Under the pieces are notes generated by a model. The model saw only the letters and a program-made list of their open reading frames with translations. It was not told the DNA's origin and ran no database searches. Source: an uncultured Gemmatimonadales bacterium (lineage in GTDB: Bacteria; Gemmatimonadota; Gemmatimonadetes; Gemmatimonadales; GWC2-71-9). From it: a stretch of DNA of 64,000 bases. Positions 58,986 through 64,000 of the stretch are shown piece after piece. The DNA lies in assembly GCA_963728915.1 (NCBI GenBank), contig CAVSLV010000004.1, positions 448,001 to 512,000 on the forward strand, written 5' to 3'. The translations under genes were made by a program, and so were the position numbers. Every line of letters starts with the position of its first letter. The stretch's first letter is position 1.

Positions 58986-61960
58986 GGCTTTGGGGCCGGT
59001 TCTCCGAGCGCCTGGTTCAACTCGGCTTCCACCGCGTCGAGCTCCTTGCGAAGGCCCTGGTACCGCTGGAGCGCGTCATGGCCCACCTTCTGGTCGGTGT
59101 TCGCGGTCATGCTGGCCAGGTAGCTGATGTGGGCCTGAAGTCCCGGCTTCCCGTAGCGCACCGGCTCGCTGAGCAGCTTCGCCGCGATTGCCTGAACCCG
59201 GGCGACGGTATCGGCAGTCGCGCCGGTCGCCCCGCGGGTCCGACTCAGGAACTGCTGCACCCTTGCCACCGTCCGGCCGACCTCGCCGACCATCCGACGC
59301 ATCCGGAGATTGTGCTCGAACTCGGCGGCAAGATCGGCGGCGGTGGTCCCTTCGGCGGGGAGACGGGGATCGATGCGCACGGTGAGCGGCACGGTCCTGG
59401 TCACGCCGCCCGCCGTCAGTCGGACCTGGTACTCGCCCGGCGGCGCCATCACGCCCTCGGAGTGACGGAGGTCCCAGACGAACCGGTTCATCCCGGCCGT
59501 CCTGGTCACCTGGCTCACAAAGAACCGGCCGAAGCCGAACCCCGAATTCTCCTCGTCATCGCCGCCGCGGCCGCGGAAGACCGGCGGCGGGGTGTCGCTG
59601 CTGTACGTGTTGACCACCCCGCCCGCGTGATCGAGAATTTCGATCTTGACCGGACCGTCGGGTACGGCGGGGAGGTAATAGTCCACCCGGGGGCCGAGGA
59701 TCGCGGTGGCGGTCCGGGTGTGGTAGCCGACTCCGGGGCGGAACAGGGTGATCTCCCCGGTGCTGGTGGCCGGAGTGAGCTGGCGGAGCGACGAGAGATC
59801 GTCGAGCATCCACATCGCCCGCCCCTGCGTCGCGATCATCAGGTCGTTCCGGAACACCCGGACGTCGTTGATCGGGACGTTAGGCAGGTTGAGCTGGAAG
59901 GTCTGCCAGTGGCCGCCGTTGTCGAACGAGACGAACATGCCGAACTCGGTGCCCGCATAGAGCAGCCCTTCCCGAACCGGATCTTCCCGCACCACCCGGG
60001 CCGGCCAGTCCGCTGGAATTCCATTCTTCCCGTCGGTGAGCCGCTTCCAGGTCGCCCCGTAGTCGTCGGTGCGATAGAGGTAGGGCTGGTAGTCGCCCAG
60101 GAGATACCGGTACACGGCGTAGTACGCCGAGCCTTTGCGATGGGGCGAAGCATCGATCCAGGCGACCCGTCCGCCGGGAGGGAGGTCCTTGGGGGTAACG
60201 TTCTTCCAGGTCTTGCCGTTGTCGCGGGTCAGGTAGAAGGGGCCGTCGTTGGAGCCGGTCCAGATCACTCCTGCCTCATGGGGCGACTCGGTGATCGCGT
60301 AGAGCGTGCTGTAGAACTCTTCCCCGGTCACGTCGCGGGTGATGGGCTCGCCGCTCGCGCCCTGACAGCAGGCCGGATGCGCGGTGAGGTCGGGGGAGAT
60401 GGTCTCCCAGGTGACGCCCTTGTCCCGGGTGCGGTGCAGGAACTGGGAGCCGTAGTAAAGCACCTCCGGATCGTGAGGGGACGTCGCCATCGGGGAAACC
60501 CGCTGGAACCGGAAGATCAGGTCGCTGGCCGGGTTGCCGTAGAGGGATTGCCCGCCAACCCAGTAGTTCCGGTTCTGTCCGGTGGTCATGTTCATCACCT
60601 GATACTGACCCTTGCAGGACCCGTAGACGAAGTTGGGATCGCGGGGATAGGGCATGATCGGCCCGGTTTCGCACCCCGGCCCGGCATGCCAGTCAGTGAG
60701 GTCGAACGGGTTGGCCACGCTCGAGAGGATCACCGTGCTGGCGTCCTGCTGCGCTCCGTAGAGCTGGTAGGGAAAGAGCGTGTCGGTCCAGACCCCGTAG
60801 ATCTCCGAGGTGGGCTGATTCATCTGGGTGGACCAGGTCTTCCCGCCATCGAACGAGACGTTGGCGCCGCCGTCGTTCGACTGAATCAGGGTGTTCCCGT
60901 CGTGCGGGTTGATCCAGATATCGTGATTGTCGCCGTGCGGCGTGCGCAGTGCGGTCATGGTCTTGCCGCCGTCCACCGATTTGAAAAAGCCCTCCGCGCC
61001 GGCGTAGACCACCTCGGCGTTGGTCGGATCCGCGCCCAGGGTGGTGTAATAGAAAGGACGCTGAACCAGGGCGCCTTGCGAGTTGACCTGCGACCAGGAT
61101 TGCCCGGCGTCGTCGGAGCGGTAGAGTCCTCCGCCCGGCCTGGCCTCGACCAGGGCGTAGATCCGCCGGGGATTGGCCGGGGTCACCGCGAGGTTGCCTT
61201 TGCCGATCAGGTCGTTGGGAAGCCCGGTGGTGATCCGGGTGAAGTGCTCGCCGGCGTCGGTGCTCTTGTAGAACCCGCCTTCGTGGGAGCCGCTGATGAT
61301 GGTCCAGGGTTTTCGCTCGATCCGGTTCATCCAGGCGTAGACCACCTCCGGATTGCCGGGCATCAGCTCCACATCCATGGCTCCGGTCGAGTCGGAGACG
61401 AACAGGGTGTTCCTCCAGGTCTTCCCGCCGTCGGTGGTCTTGAAGAGACCGCGCTGGTGACTGGGCTTGAAGATGTCGCCATAGGCGGCGACCCAGACCG
61501 TGTTAGGGTCGGTGGGATGGATGCGCACCGCGCCGATCTGCCCCGCGTCGTAGAGCCCGGCGAAGGCCCAGGTCTTCCCCCCGTCGGTGGTCCTGTACAC
61601 GCCTCGGCCGGTGGAGACATTGCTCCGGACCCCGTCCGATCCGGTGCCCACATAGATGATGTTCGGGTCGGACTCCGCCACCGCGATCGAGCCGACCGAG
61701 CCGAGCGGAATCTTCCCGTCGGTGATCGGTTCCCAGTTGGCGCCGCCATCGGTGGTGCGGAACACGCCGCCGCTCGCGACCCCCATGTAGAACGTCCTGG
61801 GCTGGGAAGGGACTCCGGTCACCGTGGTGACTCGGCCGCCCCGGGAGGGGCCGACCAGTCGGTAGCTCAGCCCATGAAAGAGCGCGCTGTCGACCTGGGC
61901 GGATGCGGTGGAAGCGAGCGTGACGAAGCTCAGAACCGTCAAGGGAATTCGGAAGGACAT
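58982..61960 (-). CDS. Secreted VPS10/sortilin-like BNR-repeat protein (glycosyl hydrolase-like)
   Basis: Signal peptide ending ASAQ, GPSRGGRV, many [ST]xDxGxTW Asp-boxes, HGDNH, LYAGTEFG. Confidence 0.88.
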   Translation of the reverse strand: MSFRIPLTVLSFVTLASTASAQVDSALFHGLSYRLVGPSRGGRVTTVTGVPSQPRTFYMGVASGGVFRTTDGGANWEPITDGKIPLGSVGSIAVAESDPNIIYVGTGSDGVRSNVSTGRGVYRTTDGGKTWAFAGLYDAGQIGAVRIHPTDPNTVWVAAYGDIFKPSHQRGLFKTTDGGKTWRNTLFVSDSTGAMDVELMPGNPEVVYAWMNRIERKPWTIISGSHEGGFYKSTDAGEHFTRITTGLPNDLIGKGNLAVTPANPRRIYALVEARPGGGLYRSDDAGQSWSQVNSQGALVQRPFYYTTLGADPTNAEVVYAGAEGFFKSVDGGKTMTALRTPHGDNHDIWINPHDGNTLIQSNDGGANVSFDGGKTWSTQMNQPTSEIYGVWTDTLFPYQLYGAQQDASTVILSSVANPFDLTDWHAGPGCETGPIMPYPRDPNFVYGSCKGQYQVMNMTTGQNRNYWVGGQSLYGNPASDLIFRFQRVSPMATSPHDPEVLYYGSQFLHRTRDKGVTWETISPDLTAHPACCQGASGEPITRDVTGEEFYSTLYAITESPHEAGVIWTGSNDGPFYLTRDNGKTWKNVTPKDLPPGGRVAWIDASPHRKGSAYYAVYRYLLGDYQPYLYRTDDYGATWKRLTDGKNGIPADWPARVVREDPVREGLLYAGTEFGMFVSFDNGGHWQTFQLNLPNVPINDVRVFRNDLMIATQGRAMWMLDDLSSLRQLTPATSTGEITLFRPGVGYHTRTATAILGPRVDYYLPAVPDGPVKIEILDHAGGVVNTYSSDTPPPVFRGRGGDDEENSGFGFGRFFVSQVTRTAGMNRFVWDLRHSEGVMAPPGEYQVRLTAGGVTRTVPLTVRIDPRLPAEGTTAADLAAEFEHNLRMRRMVGEVGRTVARVQQFLSRTRGATGATADTVARVQAIAAKLLSEPVRYGKPGLQAHISYLASMTANTDQKVGHDALQRYQGLRKELDAVEAELNQALGEPAPKP

Positions 61961-61994
61961 CTCAGACACCGGGCCGAGGGAAAGAAGGAAGTGC

Positions 61995-63287
61995 CTACAT
62001 AGTAGTAAACCGCGGTTCTGGCCGGGGCGCCACGGGAGCGCCGCCGGCTTCGCCCGCTCCCCGCGGGATTGCCAGGACCGCAATGCCGGCGAGCACAGTA
62101 TAGGCGGTCATCATCAGGAACAACGGCCGGTAGCCTCCGAAGAGGTCGAACAAGGCCCCGTTCATCGGGTCACCGATCCCGCCGCCCAGGGCCATACAGA
62201 GCAGGAAGAGCGCCGAGAGCACGCCCCGCCGCTCGCGGGGGATCGGCTCCACGAAGAGCGGGTAGGCATTCACCATGGGGAAGGTCCACGCCGCCGCCGC
62301 CAGGGCCAGGAGGGGAGCCGCCTGGACGACGCTGGTCACCCGGTCGAGAGCGATGAGGCATGCGGCCATCAGCGCGAACCCCGCGAGCATCGCGTTCCGC
62401 CGCCCGAACCGCATCCCGATGAATCCGGCCGGCAGCGCGCCGATCACGCCTCCGACCGCCCACGCCATGAAACCGATCGTCACGTCCTCCGGCCGGACCC
62501 CGAACCGTTCGGTACCGTGGAGGGCAAACCAGGTCGTGAAGGTCTGGAAGGTGAGCTGGAGCAGGAGGGTAGCGATGAAGATCGCGCGCATCCCCGGCAC
62601 CACCCCCCGGATCGCTCCCAGGACCGCATCGAGCAGCGACCGATAGCTCGCTTCGACCGCGGATCCGTGTGGCGGCGGTTCCCGGAGCCCGAGGCCGAGT
62701 CCGGCCGCGATCAGAAGCACGGCGCCCGCCGCGATCAGGAAGGCCGGTCCCATCCCGAGCACGCGCCCGAGCATCAGGAAGACGATGGCGCCGACGCACA
62801 TCTGGAAGGTCACCGACCCCGTGGCGAGCGAGCGAAACCGCGAGGGCACCGCGTCGGCGATGACGGCCTGGAAGGGCGAGCGCTGAACGTTGATCCCGGT
62901 GTAGAGCACCACCATCGCGGCGATCACGCCGACGATTCCGAACCGGGCCGACCAGGGGAAGAGCGCCATCCCGAGGGCGGAGAGCACCAGGGCGCCGACG
63001 ATCATCGGAATCCGGCCGCGACCGCTTGCGCCAGCCCGGTCGGAGGCGGCCCCGGCCCATGGCACCAGGAGGAGCAGGAGGACGTTGTCGATCGCCATCA
63101 CCGCGCCGATGGCGGTGCGGTGGTCGCCGAGCGCTTGACGCACCAGGGGCGGGATGAAGGTACTGAGCAGCGGGCCGGTCACCCCGGCGAACAGGCCGCC
63201 AAGCCCGACACACAGGCAGACCCCGTAGGGCACACGGTTGGGGGAATCCGCGGGCGGTTCGCTCGCGGTATCGTGATTCGGGGTCAC
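61995..63287 (-). CDS. MFS transporter (GPH/SLC45-like sugar transporter)
   Basis: About 12 TM helices, GAASDR....GRGRIP, RSPFQAVIAD, RFGRR motif. Confidence 0.85.
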   Translation of the reverse strand: MTPNHDTASEPPADSPNRVPYGVCLCVGLGGLFAGVTGPLLSTFIPPLVRQALGDHRTAIGAVMAIDNVLLLLLVPWAGAASDRAGASGRGRIPMIVGALVLSALGMALFPWSARFGIVGVIAAMVVLYTGINVQRSPFQAVIADAVPSRFRSLATGSVTFQMCVGAIVFLMLGRVLGMGPAFLIAAGAVLLIAAGLGLGLREPPPHGSAVEASYRSLLDAVLGAIRGVVPGMRAIFIATLLLQLTFQTFTTWFALHGTERFGVRPEDVTIGFMAWAVGGVIGALPAGFIGMRFGRRNAMLAGFALMAACLIALDRVTSVVQAAPLLALAAAAWTFPMVNAYPLFVEPIPRERRGVLSALFLLCMALGGGIGDPMNGALFDLFGGYRPLFLMMTAYTVLAGIAVLAIPRGAGEAGGAPVAPRPEPRFTTM

Positions 63288-63334
63288 CCATCATATTAGA
63301 GGGAGGATCCAACTCACACCACCGTACCGAGGCA

Positions 63335-63937
63335 ATGATGGACCCGATGTTCCTGCCTGATGTCGAAGCGAAACCGGGTGAGGACTCGCCCTACGCGAGT
63401 CTGATCGCCCAGGCCAGGGCCGCCGGTCGCGAGTACCCCCAGATCTGGCACCTCTTCGCCTTCAAACCCCACGCGACGACGCACCTCGCGCACTTCACCC
63501 AGGAAATCCTGCGGGGTGAGGCGCCGCTCAGCCCGGGGTTCCGGGAGCTGATTGCCGCCCGGACCAGCGGTCGCAATGATTGTCCCTTCTGAGTGAAGTC
63601 GCACGCCGCGGTCGCGGCGGTCCTGCTGGAAGACGAAGAGCTGGTGCGCGGGGTGCTTGAAGACCTCGAGACCTGCGGTCTGAGCGATGCCGAGAAGACC
63701 CTCATGCGCTTTCTCGACAAGGTGAACCATGATTCGCCCCGGATCACCCCGGAGGACATCGCCCCGCTTCACCAGGCCGGGTGGACCGACGAGCAGATCT
63801 GGTACGCCATCACGGTGTGCGCCCTGTTCAACTTCTACAACCGGTGGATCGACGCCACCGGGGTGCATGCGCTCTCCGATGAAGCGCATCGCGAAGGCGG
63901 GAAGCGGAGTGCGGCGGGGAGTTACGCGCGGAAATAG
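63335..63937 (+). CDS. AhpD/CMD-family peroxidase-related enzyme, probable selenoprotein (in-frame UGA read as Sec)
   Basis: ORFs 63335-63592 and 63593-63937 are contiguous and in frame; joined motif RELIAARTSGRNDCPF-U-VKSH equals AhpD CxxCxxxH; C-terminal FNFYNRW. Confidence 0.85.
63590..63622 (+). promoter_or_regulatory. Bacterial SECIS element candidate
   Basis: UGA 63590-63592, 11-nt spacer, perfect stem CGCCGC/GCGGCG (63604-63619) closing GGUC. Confidence 0.75.
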
Positions 63938-64000
63938 ACGTGTGGTGCGGCGGGCTCTCGTTGCGAAGCCCATGTGATCCACAGATGACGCAGATTACGC

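Noticed and set aside
59078..63299. 974-aa and 463-aa plus-strand ORFs
   Set aside because: Antisense shadows of the VPS10 and MFS genes; no recognisable motifs

Overview
High-GC bacterial chromosomal window. The ClpP/DnaK sequence style and gene repertoire suggest Gemmatimonadota (my inference, not searched). 1-21.5 kb is an exopolysaccharide/capsule locus: Wzc-type tyrosine kinase, PglK/MsbA-like ABC flippase, six glycosyltransferases, GNAT, Wzy-like membrane protein, deacetylase, PglC/PglD-like pair, Ig-repeat beta-helix lipoprotein and epimerase. Its core looks lower in GC and holds two IS3 remnants and a decayed acyltransferase. 21.5-27 kb holds two frameshifted genes (a secreted beta-barrel-like protein and a BTAD-ATPase-PD40 sensor). 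Next come a four-helix-bundle gene flanked by 22-nt direct repeats, a proteostasis block (engB-clpX-clpP-tig-tRNA-Leu-degP-dnaK), PP2C, an uncharacterised sugar-catabolism cluster, a TonB receptor/FecR/ECF sigma module and a GH38/ferritin-like/VPS10/MFS operon. The last gene is an AhpD-type peroxidase with an in-frame UGA in its CxxC motif followed by a SECIS-like hairpin (probable selenoprotein). Most notable signals: (i) that selenoprotein; (ii) dispersed, gene-polarised 7-9-nt tandem repeat arrays linked to the four-helix-bundle cassette; (iii) several apparently leaderless TANNNT-N5/6-start promoters; (iv) a sigma54-type dnaK promoter with an adjacent palindrome. All family assignments are by eye from motifs; no database search was run.
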